Notes: generated by a model not told the origin, from the letters alone. 64,000 bases of DNA from Gammaproteobacteria bacterium (GCA_965277405.1 OZ255726.1:426280-490279); one strand, 5' to 3'. Shown: positions 1-10,293, counted from the stretch's first letter. Made by a program: numbers and translations.

Positions 1-479
1 ACGCCAACAGGAGCGCGAGAGTTTGCAACTAGCACATCGGCTTGATACAGGCTTGTTTGTACTATTTTATCCAAACATTCAGCACTAAATTGTAGCCATT
101 CAACTGCATTTGCCACGCTGCGCTCCAGCGTTGTGCGCACCGGCTTACCTGTTTGTAATGATTCCAACAATGCAAACTCTTCTTGGTTGTCTTCAATCAA
201 ATTCGCCAATTCAAATAACACTTCTTTACGCGCAGCTACAGATAGCGCATTCCAGCCACTGCGTGCCACCGCATCACGCGCACAGCGCACGGCATAGTCG
301 ACATCAGCCGCGTCACACTCTGCAATTTGCACGAGGGTATGACCATCAATTGGGCTAATTGCCGCATACACTTTAGCTGATTTTGCTGGATGATATTTTG
401 CGCCAACAAAACACATACCGTTAAATTTTAGCTCATGGACATATGGCTTCCATGAATATTGGTTGGATGTAATACGCAT
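1..479 (-). CDS. Aldehyde dehydrogenase family protein, N-terminal part (gene runs off window start)
   Basis: Absent from ORF track because truncated by window edge; own minus-strand translation from ATG at 477-479 reads MRITSNQYSWKPYVHELKFNGMCFVGAKYH...LQTGKPVRTTLERSVANAVEWL...VANSRAPVG without stops, matching the conserved N-terminal region of NAD-dependent aldehyde dehydrogenases. Confidence 0.6.
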   Translation of the reverse strand, partial: MRITSNQYSWKPYVHELKFNGMCFVGAKYHPAKSAKVYAAISPIDGHTLVQIAECDAADVDYAVRCARDAVARSGWNALSVAARKEVLFELANLIEDNQEEFALLESLQTGKPVRTTLERSVANAVEWLQFSAECLDKIVQTSLYQADVLVANSRAPVG

Positions 480-523
480 ACGATTATTGGTAGAATGGTA
501 AATCAATTGGGCAACATTGTTAG

Positions 524-852
524 GGAAGCTCTGATTAACTCGCTGAGTGAGCGAGTTTGCCTGCAATTGCTGATGATTGCAAGGCGCAAACCGCTGAGCG
601 CATGCCCTAGCATATACGCCAAGGGATGCAACACAGCAAGCATAAACAACTGCCGCATACCAAAAGTATATATATGCAACAGAGGGATGGAAAAAAACGC
701 TGCGCTGCGTCGTTGTAGTACTTGGCAATACCCACAATACCCACAATACCCACAAGACCCAGCAGTGTTAGCTTGGCACTGCACTTAAGTTATCAGCAGC
801 GTTGTTGCGCCGTTGCGCCGTCTCGCCCATCATGGACTTAATCAGAAGTTGC
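524..852. mobile_element. MITE-like element (IS5-family derived), copy with 9-bp microsatellite (caataccca x3) inside
   Basis: Starts GGAAGCTCTGATTAACTC, ends GGACTTAATCAGAAG; shares internal sequence (GCATATACGCCAAGGGATGCAACACAGCAAG) with other copies; preceded by TTAG; right end abuts stop codon of the 853..1842 gene. Confidence 0.7.
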
Positions 853-1842
853 TTATATCGATAAATCGACAACAATACGACCATGTGCTTTGCCAGCCAT
901 CATCTGCTTGGCATACCGCATCAGTCCTCTAAGTCCAACAATATGTTGGATATTGGCATATTCGTCAACAAGCAAATCAGCCAATTGCTGCCAGACTGCA
1001 TGGCGCTTTGCGGTTGGATATTGCACAGAGTCGACTCCGTGCAACTTCACTCCGCGCAGGATAAATGGCATGACTGTTGCTGGCAACAAAAAATCTCCAG
1101 CAAGCCCAGCTGCTATAACTGTTGCTGAGTAGCGCATTTCGCTGAGGATTTGCGCCAACACTGCCCCACCAACCACATCAACCGCACCATCCCATTGTTG
1201 CGTATTCAACGGTGCAACTGTTTGTTGTTGCCATTGTTGCGTGGCAACAACAGTATGTGCCCCGAGGTCTTGCAGGTATTTTTCATGTGCTAAGATGCGT
1301 GTTGTTAACGCATGTACTTCGTAGCCCAGTTTACGCAACAATACAACCGCCACACTGCCGACACCACCAGTTGCGCCACTTACCAGCACTTTTCCTGAAA
1401 CAACACCAGCGTTACGCAGTGCTAGTACGCATAGCATCGCTGTGAGTCCCGCCGTACCAAGTGTCATGGCTTGTATTGCACTCATCCCTATTGGCAGTGG
1501 AACCAACCATTGCGATTGCGCCGATTGATATTCGCTATACCCGCCCCAGTAGCGCTCACCAATGCCCCAGCCGGTCAGAATAACAGCATCACCAACGCTA
1601 TACTTATCGCTTGAAGTTGCCACAACTGTGCCGACAGAGTCGATGCCTGGTACCATCGGCAAAGAGCGAATAATCTTGCCAGTACCAGTAAGCGCCATGG
1701 CGTCTTTATAGTTGAGACTCGAATGTGAAACTTTGATGAGCACGTCACCATCAGGCAAATCTGTTGGCGCAATGCGCTCTATAGCACCACTCATGCCTGC
1801 TGCATCTTGGCGCATGATAAATGCTTTAAACGTGTCTTCCAT
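853..1842 (-). CDS. yhdH: YhdH/AcuI-type NADPH quinone oxidoreductase (MDR superfamily; acrylyl-CoA reductase-like)
   Basis: ORF 853..1881; start moved to ATG at 1842 (MEDTFKAFIM...) with GGTGG upstream; motifs LTGWGIGE..WGGY, GTAGLTAM, VSGATGGVGS, VMPFILRGV typical of the YhdH family. Confidence 0.75.
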   Translation of the reverse strand: MEDTFKAFIMRQDAAGMSGAIERIAPTDLPDGDVLIKVSHSSLNYKDAMALTGTGKIIRSLPMVPGIDSVGTVVATSSDKYSVGDAVILTGWGIGERYWGGYSEYQSAQSQWLVPLPIGMSAIQAMTLGTAGLTAMLCVLALRNAGVVSGKVLVSGATGGVGSVAVVLLRKLGYEVHALTTRILAHEKYLQDLGAHTVVATQQWQQQTVAPLNTQQWDGAVDVVGGAVLAQILSEMRYSATVIAAGLAGDFLLPATVMPFILRGVKLHGVDSVQYPTAKRHAVWQQLADLLVDEYANIQHIVGLRGLMRYAKQMMAGKAHGRIVVDLSI

Positions 1843-1949
1843 AGTCCACCCCCCACAACTGTAAAGCAGGCATCGTACCATGCATCAAGGCGATGTTGCT
1901 GATGAAAGTTATCTGCTCAATTCCATGTGTGCGCTTGCTGAGCGATGCA

Positions 1950-2771
1950 TCAGACAATTTTGGTATAATGATCCAACAACAAAATAATAAATAATGCAAA
2001 TAAATAATATATTGAGACCCAAAATAAGCGGATGGCATGCTGTGGTTGGTGGTGGCGTACCAACTGCCATGTATAAAACCCGAACCACATATTGCACAAC
2101 GTAGAACCAAATAAATACAACAATCCAGACATGCCAGTCACATACGGCAACCACGTCGACATGATCATTAACAGCGTATACATGGCAATTTGCAAGCGGG
2201 TACACTCTTCACCAAACACGCTGATAAGCATCGGTATTTCCACCTTCGCGTATTCTTTTTTGCGATAAATTGCCAACGCCCAAAAATGGGGTGGCGTCCA
2301 CAAAAAAATAATAATCACCAACAACCACGCATACGGGTGTAACTGTCCTGTGACTGCGGTCCACCCGAGTAATGGCGGCATTGCCCCTGATAGTCCGCCG
2401 ATGACTATATTTTGGGCTGTTATTCGTTTCAAAAAACCAGTGTAAATAAGGGCATATCCTGCCCATGCCATCAAGGCAAGCCACGCTGTCAATGGGTTCA
2501 CCAATACATATAATACTGCAAAACCGAGCAGCACCAGCAAGGTTGCAAAGATTAGCACCCGCTGCGCTGGCAATTGCCCGCTAGGTATTGGTCGAGATTG
2601 AGTGCGGTGCATCCGCGCGTCAATATGCCGGTCGATCACATGATTAACCGCCGCACCACTTCCAGCACACAACGCAATACCAAGGTTTCCTAAAATAATA
2701 ACTTGCAGCGGTGGCAAACTATCAACAGCGAGCAGCATCCCTACCACCGCAGTAACAAGCATGAGCAGCAC
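1950..2771 (-). CDS. cyoE: Protoheme IX farnesyltransferase (heme O synthase)
   Basis: 273 aa multi-TM protein with UbiA-type prenyltransferase signature (NHVIDRHIDARMHRTQSRP); ORF-track start is GTG at 2771; true N-terminus probably lies upstream (see finding). Confidence 0.8.
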   Translation of the reverse strand: MLLMLVTAVVGMLLAVDSLPPLQVIILGNLGIALCAGSGAAVNHVIDRHIDARMHRTQSRPIPSGQLPAQRVLIFATLLVLLGFAVLYVLVNPLTAWLALMAWAGYALIYTGFLKRITAQNIVIGGLSGAMPPLLGWTAVTGQLHPYAWLLVIIIFLWTPPHFWALAIYRKKEYAKVEIPMLISVFGEECTRLQIAMYTLLMIMSTWLPYVTGMSGLLYLFGSTLCNMWFGFYTWQLVRHHQPQHAIRLFWVSIYYLFALFIILLLDHYTKIV

Positions 2772-2827
2772 GACCTGCGGCTTGCAGACAGTTATATACG
2801 CCGAGATTGAAATAAACGCTGCCTTGG

Positions 2828-4204
2828 CTATGCCGCTGCCAGCGCCGAATCAACTGCAGCTAAGACGATGTCTATATCTTCTTTGGTGCAAATAAAGGCA
2901 GGACTAAACAACAAAACATTATTGCCATGTGAAAAACTTCTATTTGCAGCACCGATCAGCACCCCCTGTGCCTGACACGCTGCCACAATGCCTTGCGTAA
3001 CACTATCAGCCACAGGTTGTTTGCTGTTACGATCGGCAACCAGCTCAGCCCCACAAAACAAACCCTTGCCACGAACATCGCCAACAATAGGGTGTTGCGC
3101 TTGTAGCTTTTGCAACCCAGCGAGGAGGTAGTCTCCCATTTGCTGGCAATTTTCCAACAGGTTATTTTGTACGATATATTCCATAGTGGCAAGCGCTGCG
3201 GCAGGGCCGCCTGTACAACCACCAAACGTAGAAATATCACGGAAATAACTAGTTGTGTCATCTGGATTTTGTTTGAATAAGTCGAACACGCGCTCGGTTG
3301 TTACCGTGCAGGAAATTGCTGCATACCCAGCAGCAACACCTTTTGCCATGGTAACGATGTCTGGTTTTACTCCATAATGTTGGTAGCCAAACCACTTACC
3401 TGTCCGACCAATGCCACAAACGACTTCATCAATGTGGAGTAAAATATTGTATTTCTCACAAATTTCTTGAACTATCTCCCAATACCCAGCGGCTGGCAAC
3501 AATACTCCACCACCTGCTGTAATTGGCTCTAGGCAGAGTCCGCCAATCGTATCTGGGTCTTCGCGCAAAATCACCGCTTCAATCGCGCGCGCAGCACGCA
3601 CCCCGTAATCAGTCACATCACCAAACTGTGAGCGGTATTCATAGCATTTTGGCACTTCTACAAAATCTGGGGTAAATGGACCATATTTATCACGGCGTTG
3701 TTCATGACCAGAAGCACTCAAGGCGGTAATAGTCGTGCCATGGTAGTCGCGGTCGCGGTATAAAATTTTGTTTTTCTTACCACCATATTGCTGCGCGGAT
3801 ATTTGGCGGACAATTTTGAACCCTTTCTCGTTTGCCTCTGAGCCAGAATTAGAATAATACACTCTGTTCATCCCAGGCATTTTATTTATCAGTGCTTGCG
3901 AAAACTGCGCTGCGGGCACGGTGCCTGCGGAGCCTGAGTAAAAGTTCATTTTTACAATTGCTGTATACAGCGCATCCGCAACAAATGTATTGCCATAGCC
4001 AAGATTGGCAGTCCACACACCACCTGAAGTAGCATCGACATATTCTTTGCCATCCGCATCCCACAACCTAATTCCTTTGCCTGCCACGATCACCATTGGG
4101 TCGACGGTTTCATATTTTATATGTTGGGTTAAATGATGCCAAACATGGGCTCGGTCATTTGCTACAACCGCTGATAAATCTACATTTTTTAATGAATGAG
4201 ACAT
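2828..4204 (-). CDS. Class III (omega) aminotransferase, PLP-dependent
   Basis: DEVVCGIGRTGKWFG motif and overall aminotransferase class III layout; start set to ATG at 4204 (MSHSLKN) preceded by AAGGAGGA Shine-Dalgarno rather than upstream TTG. Confidence 0.8.
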   Translation of the reverse strand: MSHSLKNVDLSAVVANDRAHVWHHLTQHIKYETVDPMVIVAGKGIRLWDADGKEYVDATSGGVWTANLGYGNTFVADALYTAIVKMNFYSGSAGTVPAAQFSQALINKMPGMNRVYYSNSGSEANEKGFKIVRQISAQQYGGKKNKILYRDRDYHGTTITALSASGHEQRRDKYGPFTPDFVEVPKCYEYRSQFGDVTDYGVRAARAIEAVILREDPDTIGGLCLEPITAGGGVLLPAAGYWEIVQEICEKYNILLHIDEVVCGIGRTGKWFGYQHYGVKPDIVTMAKGVAAGYAAISCTVTTERVFDLFKQNPDDTTSYFRDISTFGGCTGGPAAALATMEYIVQNNLLENCQQMGDYLLAGLQKLQAQHPIVGDVRGKGLFCGAELVADRNSKQPVADSVTQGIVAACQAQGVLIGAANRSFSHGNNVLLFSPAFICTKEDIDIVLAAVDSALAAA

Positions 4205-4494
4205 CAAATCCTCCTTTGTCAACAATATAAAAAATTACTTTAGCAAACCATATCCGCCAATATCGGTTAATACACTAGCTGCTAATAAAAAGCATGTTCT
4301 GGATATTAGAACTGCTCACCTTAAATTACTAGTATTTTTACTTTGTTTCATTGGCATGGTCTGAGGTATATCAGCTTAAGTTGATGTGCTTGCTTCACTA
4401 TACCTTGTGCAGGTCTGAGCATACTGTACAAAATTATCTACCGTCATTAGTGATGTTTTGCTATGCTTGATTTACATATTATTATAGGAATTTT

Positions 4495-5928
4495 ATGAAT
4501 AACACAGATGCTTTTTATATTGCTGGACACTGGAAAACATACGCAGACTTGCCACGGCGTGAGGTCACAAATCCAGCCAACAACAAGGTAATTGCCACCA
4601 TCCATATGGCAGATGCAGCTGTGGTTGACGCAGCGGTAGCTGCAGCAAAACTCGCATTCACCAGTTATTCACGAACCACAAAAGAATACCGACTTGGACT
4701 ATTAGATAAATTTCTCGACATTTACAACCGCCGCTACGATGAAATGGCGGGGTGTATCAGCCAAGAAATGGGTGCACCAATCGATGTAGCACATAAATAT
4801 CAAGCATGGGCTGGTGTCAAACACACCAAAGGATACATACAAGCCTATACCGAGCAACAACAACGTACGCTGTTAGCCAATGGCGATACCGTAGTGCGCG
4901 AGCCAATTGGGGTATGCGGGCTAATCACACCGTGGAATTGGCCGATCAACCAAATATCACTAAAAACAATAGCTGCATTGGCAACTGGCTGTACCTGTGT
5001 ACTCAAACCGTCAGAATACACACCACTGTCTGCGCAGTTATTCGCTGCAATAATCGACGAGGCTGGCTTCCCCGCTGGGACGTTTAACTTGATTCAAGGT
5101 GATGGCCCAAATGCTGGATCACGGCTATCAAAGCATCCTGATATTCGTATGATTTCTTTTACTGGATCAACCCGCGCAGGGATTGCAATCAGCAAAGATG
5201 CAGCAGACACGGTGAAACGAGTCACCCTCGAACTTGGCGGTAAATCACCGAGTATTGTGTTTGCCGATGCTGATCTTAACACCACCGTCCGCGCTACTAT
5301 TGGCGAGTTGTTGCTGAACTCTGGACAATCATGCGACGCCCCGACACGGCTATTGGTAGAGCGCGATGTCTACGATAGTGTGGTTGCTATTGCCAAAGAT
5401 GTTGTAGACAACCAAACAGTAGGTGACCCAAGCAGCCACGGTGACCATCTTGGACCACTCGTCAATGAAATCCAATTCGACCGAGTACAAACACTTATTC
5501 AAGCGGGGATTGATGAAGGAGCACGGGTGGTATCAGGAGGCACTGGCAAGCCAGAAAATGGTGAAGATGGCTATTATGTGCGCCCAACAATTTTTGCTGA
5601 CGTCCGCAACGATATGCGCATTGCCCAAGAAGAAATTTTCGGCCCAGTAGTGGTGGTCATTCCTTTTGATACTGAAGACGAAGCCATCCAAATTGCCAAC
5701 GACACGCCGTATGGGCTGGCCGCATACGTACAAACACAGGACCGCGACCGTGCCGAACGTGTTGCCGCACAATTGCAAGTTGGTGCAGTGCATATTAATA
5801 ATGCTGGGCTACAACCAGGCTCACCTTTTGGTGGATTCAAACAATCAGGTAATGGTCGTGAAGGCGGTATTTTTGGTATCGAAGATTATCAAGAAGTGAA
5901 AACTCTTCACTTTGGTGGTGGAATCTAA
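4495..5928 (+). CDS. NAD(P)-dependent aldehyde dehydrogenase
   Basis: 477 aa; LELGGKSP, FTGSTRAG, GQSCDAPTR (catalytic Cys region), EEIFGPV motifs. Confidence 0.85.
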   Translation: MNNTDAFYIAGHWKTYADLPRREVTNPANNKVIATIHMADAAVVDAAVAAAKLAFTSYSRTTKEYRLGLLDKFLDIYNRRYDEMAGCISQEMGAPIDVAHKYQAWAGVKHTKGYIQAYTEQQQRTLLANGDTVVREPIGVCGLITPWNWPINQISLKTIAALATGCTCVLKPSEYTPLSAQLFAAIIDEAGFPAGTFNLIQGDGPNAGSRLSKHPDIRMISFTGSTRAGIAISKDAADTVKRVTLELGGKSPSIVFADADLNTTVRATIGELLLNSGQSCDAPTRLLVERDVYDSVVAIAKDVVDNQTVGDPSSHGDHLGPLVNEIQFDRVQTLIQAGIDEGARVVSGGTGKPENGEDGYYVRPTIFADVRNDMRIAQEEIFGPVVVVIPFDTEDEAIQIANDTPYGLAAYVQTQDRDRAERVAAQLQVGAVHINNAGLQPGSPFGGFKQSGNGREGGIFGIEDYQEVKTLHFGGGI

Positions 5929-5946
5929 CCTCCTTAAAAAAACCTA

Positions 5947-6075
5947 TGGAAGCTCTGACTAACTCGCTGATTGCGCGAGTTAGCCTGCAATTGACAGGCG
6001 CATGCCGTAGCATATACGCCAAGGGATGCAACATAGTAAGCAATTGCCGCAAACCAAGAGTATATGCAACAGCGG
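5947..6075. mobile_element. MITE-like element, partial copy (one arm only)
   Basis: GGAAGCTCTGACTAACTCGCTGATTGCGCGAG...GCATATACGCCAAGGGATGCAACATAGTAAG matches left arm of the repeat family; no second terminus. Confidence 0.55.
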
Positions 6076-6091
6076 ACAGCAAACAACAGCG

Positions 6092-6832
6092 CTAGCGTGA
6101 ATCCATAATTTGTCGGTAAGCTCGAGCAATTTCAGCTGTTTTTTTGTTGGCTATTTCAATCATCTCTTCTGGTAGACCACGCGAGGTCAACTTATCTGGG
6201 TGGTTTTCTTTCATCAATACGCGATACTTTCTCTTTACTTCGTTTTTTGTTGCCTGCGGATGCAAATCGAGCACCTGATACGCTTCTGCTATAGTATTTT
6301 CACCAAGCCCCATGGAATGGCGCACCGCCTGCTCGACTGCATCCATAGTATGTTGTGCAATATTCAGTGCCTCACCAATTTTTTTGATAATCGCTTTTTC
6401 TGCACGATGCAACTTGCCATCGCCATACGCGCTATACAACAACATTTGCATCATCGTGGTTTTTAAGTGAGGGTGGGTTATGTATTCGCTTGCCTGTTGC
6501 AATAGCTTTTCAATATTAAAATCATCACGTTTGCCGATGTTAAAAAGCTTAATCGCCGCTTGCTGTTGTTGCTCGTTTAGGCGCATTTGCCGAAAAACTT
6601 CCCTGGCTATATTGATTTCATGTTGCGAAATAACACCATCAGCCTTGGCAATATGTCCCATCAGCGTAAAAACAGTGCTAAAAAAAACCGCCTGCGACTG
6701 CTCGGTGTGGGACATAGAGCTTTTCAGCCCTTTGTCAAATGAATGCCCAAATGCAGCGCCTAGCACCAAACCAAGCGGCCCACCCATGGCAAAGCCAAGG
6801 GCACCACCAACTATTTTTCCCCACCAGCTCAT
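6092..6832 (-). CDS. djlA: Co-chaperone DjlA (N-terminal TM, TerB-like middle, C-terminal J domain)
   Basis: C-terminal J-domain (YQVLDL...KRKYRVLMKENHPDKL); start set to ATG at 6832 (MSWWGKIVG), which overlaps the pdxH stop in an ATGA arrangement. Confidence 0.75.
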   Translation of the reverse strand: MSWWGKIVGGALGFAMGGPLGLVLGAAFGHSFDKGLKSSMSHTEQSQAVFFSTVFTLMGHIAKADGVISQHEINIAREVFRQMRLNEQQQQAAIKLFNIGKRDDFNIEKLLQQASEYITHPHLKTTMMQMLLYSAYGDGKLHRAEKAIIKKIGEALNIAQHTMDAVEQAVRHSMGLGENTIAEAYQVLDLHPQATKNEVKRKYRVLMKENHPDKLTSRGLPEEMIEIANKKTAEIARAYRQIMDSR

Positions 6833-7440
6833 GGGTATAACCTCACAATTTTCCACTTGTTGTGTTGTTGTGTAAACGTGACACGTTGATGCAAACGCCC
6901 TGCACTGCCTTGCCAAAATTCAAAATATTTTGGTTGTAAAACATATCCACCCCAATGCGCAGGGAGGGGTATCTCCTGTTTAGCGAATTGCTTCTTAATA
7001 CTTTTAATACGCTGTTCAAGCTCGGTAATACTTGCCAAGGGCTGACTTTGTTTGGATGCCCAAGCACCAACCTTGCTCAAATGGGGGCGACTTTGAAAGT
7101 AGGTATTTGACTCCTGTATATTCATCGTTTTAATCGTGCCTTCAATGCGAATCTGCCGTTCATTTTCAGCATCATATATCAGTGCAGCTACGTTGTTGTT
7201 TTTTTTAATTTCTTTACCTTTGCGGCTGTGATAATTAGTATAAAAATAAAATCCTTGCTTCCTATCGAAACCTTTTAACAATACTGTGCGCAATGATGGC
7301 GTACTTGTTGTTGAGACGGTAGCCAAAAAAACAGCATTGGGGTTTTTTACTTGTTGCATAGACAATTGATTAAACCAAGCTGCAAATGCATTCCAAGGAT
7401 CACTACCCAGCACTGCCACAAGGTCATTTAATTTAGTCAT
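6829..7440 (-). CDS. pdxH: Pyridoxine/pyridoxamine 5'-phosphate oxidase
   Basis: 203 aa; RTVLLKGFD, FYTNYHSRKG, WGGYVLQPKYFEFWQG..RLHQR motifs typical of PdxH. Confidence 0.85.
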   Translation of the reverse strand: MTKLNDLVAVLGSDPWNAFAAWFNQLSMQQVKNPNAVFLATVSTTSTPSLRTVLLKGFDRKQGFYFYTNYHSRKGKEIKKNNNVAALIYDAENERQIRIEGTIKTMNIQESNTYFQSRPHLSKVGAWASKQSQPLASITELEQRIKSIKKQFAKQEIPLPAHWGGYVLQPKYFEFWQGSAGRLHQRVTFTQQHNKWKIVRLYP

Positions 7441-7559
7441 ACGCGTATTGTAATACTGTTTCTAAGGAATAAAAGCAGCGTGAATTGTCTCTATTTCCTA
7501 GCTAACATGATACATTTTGTTAGATTTTATTTTATTGTTTTTACAGTAGTTTTCCGTTA

Positions 7560-8429
7560 ATGAGACGACTAAACGCCCACACAAGAATTAACTACCGCGA
7601 CCCTGGCGGATATCTGCTGCTGATTTTTTTTTCACTAATGTTAACGCTTGCTGACTATAGAACAACTTGGTTAGATTCCCCAAAACATATACTAGCCGCA
7701 ATAGCGACACCTTTTTATGATGGCGTTTTTTTTGTTGCTGCATTGTTTAATACCAGCGATAATTTTTTTTCTGACCATTTTGCATTGCGCGACGAACTTG
7801 AACAAGCACAATTAACAATTAGCGAGCTAGAAGTGCAACTATCATCAATAAAATCATTGCAGCAAGAAAACAATGAATTGCGAACGCTGATCAATGTAGA
7901 CTTGCGCAGCGAACAACAGCTCGTCATTGGTGAGTTAGTCAGCATCAATCAAGCTAATATTGCCAAGGAAGCTGTTATCAACCGTGGTACAAGTACTGGC
8001 ATCGCTGCAGGACATGCCATTATTAACGCGCAAGGGCTGCTTGGTCAAGTTGCCTCTATCAGCGCGGCATATAGCAAAATAATTTTGGTGAATGACATCC
8101 GTTTTGGCGTCCCTGTCGAAGTGCTTGGCAAAGGTATTCGCTTCAATCTTTTTGGCAAAGGCACGAATCTACTAGAAAGTGATGCTCTGAAGTATATGCG
8201 CGATATTGCCGTTGACGATTTATTAATAACCTCTGGTTTAGGCCATGTTTTTCCCCGCGGAATTGAAGTCGCCCTGGTAGTGCAAATACATACAAGCAGT
8301 GCAAGCAATGAAACCACAATACAAGCGCAACCTGTCGCAAAAGTCCATTCCAGCCCATATATTTATGCAGTGTTAGCCAAGCAAGTTGATGCCGAAATCA
8401 GCGCGCCTGGCGCTGATTCCTCACTGTGA
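7560..8429 (+). CDS. mreC: Rod shape-determining protein MreC
   Basis: 289 aa; N-terminal TM, coiled-coil (ELEQAQLTISELEVQL...ENNELR), then beta-rich domain with GLLGQV and FPRGIEVA motifs. Confidence 0.8.
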   Translation: MRRLNAHTRINYRDPGGYLLLIFFSLMLTLADYRTTWLDSPKHILAAIATPFYDGVFFVAALFNTSDNFFSDHFALRDELEQAQLTISELEVQLSSIKSLQQENNELRTLINVDLRSEQQLVIGELVSINQANIAKEAVINRGTSTGIAAGHAIINAQGLLGQVASISAAYSKIILVNDIRFGVPVEVLGKGIRFNLFGKGTNLLESDALKYMRDIAVDDLLITSGLGHVFPRGIEVALVVQIHTSSASNETTIQAQPVAKVHSSPYIYAVLAKQVDAEISAPGADSSL

Positions 8430-8890
8430 TGATGCGTCAGTTACTATATGGAATAATTGGGGTGGCAGCACTGTTTCTAGAGATTGTATATTGTCACTTT
8501 TTTTCTTCGTATCAAGTGCAAATTTTCTTTGTGGCGTTGCTATTGATGCATGACAATACCTGCCCAATTCATCCCATAGTAGTAGCCGCATTGTGCTTAT
8601 TATATGATTCGAGTAGGGTTGCGATATTAGGTAGTAGCTTACTTACTTGCAGCATTATTCTTTACATCACCACGGTATTGTATAATGCCAACTTATTGCA
8701 AAGATCGTTTGCGCAATTTAATGTGGTATTCTGCATAGTAATAGCGTTTATACTTGCCAATCAAAGCATAACTTTGGGGCTAGCGTCTATTGTCGATCAA
8801 CCGATAATCCCAATGCTTATTAACGCATCCATCAGCACGTTGCTATGGTATATATGCGCTAGCATTATGCGTATTGTAGCGCTATATTAA
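8426..8890 (+). CDS. mreD: Rod shape-determining protein MreD (putative)
   Basis: 154 aa polytopic hydrophobic protein, start overlaps mreC stop by 4 nt; identity rests on position and hydropathy. Confidence 0.55.
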   Translation: MMMRQLLYGIIGVAALFLEIVYCHFFSSYQVQIFFVALLLMHDNTCPIHPIVVAALCLLYDSSRVAILGSSLLTCSIILYITTVLYNANLLQRSFAQFNVVFCIVIAFILANQSITLGLASIVDQPIIPMLINASISTLLWYICASIMRIVALY

Positions 8891-9514
8891 CGCTGACAGT
8901 GTTGCGAAGAACTTCGCGATTTTATTGCTGTCTTTAACACCTTTTGCTGCCTCTACGCCGCTGCTAACATCGAGTGCGTAAGGCTGCGTTGTCACAATCG
9001 ATTCGGCAACAATATCTGCGTTAATCCCACCAGCAAGCACCAACAACTTGTTGCGATCAGGCGGAATAACAGACCAATTTGCCTGCCTGCCCGTGCCGCC
9101 ACGTTCGACTGGCGCGTAGGCATCAACGAGTAAAGCAGCCGCGCTTTGATATTGTTGCTCGGCAATATTCCAGTCATCTAGGTGATGCAGGCTGACGCCT
9201 TTAAAATAACGCATCTTGAACTGTTGGCAAAAATCTTCAGTTTCATCACCATGAAACTGCAATGTATCAATAGCGTGGCTTTGTATTGCTGCTTTGACTT
9301 GGGCAACACTTGGGTTCACGAAGACCCCGACTGTGCTTATAAATGGCGGTATATTCCGCGTAATAAGCGCTGCTTGCTGTGCTGGAATATAGCGTGCGCT
9401 TGATTCCCACAAAACATAGCCAATGGCATCAGCTCCATGGCTAACGGCCAACTGCGCATCTGCAAGCGAGGTTATCCCGCAGATTTTAACCTTTGGTAGT
9501 CGCCGCAGCTTCAC
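8882..9514 (-). CDS. trpF: Phosphoribosylanthranilate isomerase
   Basis: 210 aa; KVKICGIT, QFHGDE, LAGGIN motifs. Confidence 0.8.
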   Translation of the reverse strand: MKLRRLPKVKICGITSLADAQLAVSHGADAIGYVLWESSARYIPAQQAALITRNIPPFISTVGVFVNPSVAQVKAAIQSHAIDTLQFHGDETEDFCQQFKMRYFKGVSLHHLDDWNIAEQQYQSAAALLVDAYAPVERGGTGRQANWSVIPPDRNKLLVLAGGINADIVAESIVTTQPYALDVSSGVEAAKGVKDSNKIAKFFATLSALI

Positions 9515-10293
9515 GTACGAATACCGACACCGCGTTCAACTAGGAGCGTTGCTGTACAGAAAAATAGTATTGAAAACACAAACAAGATGGCAAAAGCAAA
9601 ATTCAAATCAACGTCAGTAATTCCTAAAAACCCATAGCGAAAACCGTTGACTAAATACAATATTGGGTTTGCGTATGATAGGTTGCGAAAAAACTCAGGG
9701 AGTAAATCGATTGAATAAAACACCCCACCCAGATACGTCAATGGTGTTAGTACAAATGTCGGTATGATTGACACATCATCAAATGTCCGGGCAAAAATCG
9801 CGTTAATTAACCCTGCCAGCGAAAACAACAACGAAGTCATCACGATAAACACGATTGTCACCACGACACTATGAATGTGGATGTTTGTAAAAAACAATGA
9901 AACGCCAGTCACTATTAACGCCACGCTCAGACCACGCAACATTCCACCAGTACAATAGCCAATAACTATGATATAGCTTGGGGTTGGAGATACCAGCAAC
10001 TCTTCGTGTGAACGCTGAAATTTTGCTCCAAAAAATGACGAGACGACATTCATATACGAGTTGGTGATTACTGCCAGCATAATCAACCCAGGGATAATAT
10101 ACTCGATATAAGTGACCCCAGCCATGCCACCAATTCGCGGCCCAATCAACTTACCAAAAATCAAAAAATACAACACCATCGTAATGGCTGGTGGCAGCAG
10201 TGTTTGCAGCCAAATACGGGTAATACGTTGAAATTCTTTACGACATATCGTAGCTAAGCTGCGCCAAGCTTGCTGGGTTCTTGTTGGGGTCAT
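9511..10293 (-). CDS. ABC-2 type transporter permease
   Basis: 260 aa, six predicted TM segments, overlaps upstream ATPase gene by 4 nt. Confidence 0.75.
   Translation of the reverse strand: MTPTRTQQAWRSLATICRKEFQRITRIWLQTLLPPAITMVLYFLIFGKLIGPRIGGMAGVTYIEYIIPGLIMLAVITNSYMNVVSSFFGAKFQRSHEELLVSPTPSYIIVIGYCTGGMLRGLSVALIVTGVSLFFTNIHIHSVVVTIVFIVMTSLLFSLAGLINAIFARTFDDVSIIPTFVLTPLTYLGGVFYSIDLLPEFFRNLSYANPILYLVNGFRYGFLGITDVDLNFAFAILFVFSILFFCTATLLVERGVGIRT

Noticed and set aside
110-358. Plus-strand 82-aa ORF at window start
   Set aside because: Overlaps the much longer, stop-free, ALDH-like minus-strand reading frame that runs off the window; Cys/His-rich low-complexity translation
459-788. ORFs lying inside MITE copies (459..788, 503..784, 15000..15239, 17176..17412, 19042..19440, 23668..23907, 37577..37988, 40436..40756 and similar) with recurring peptide MIARRKPLSAC.SIYAKGCNTAS
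   Set aside because: They are the same repeat read in frame at each copy, lack ribosome-binding sites and vary by indels; artefacts of the mobile element, not genes
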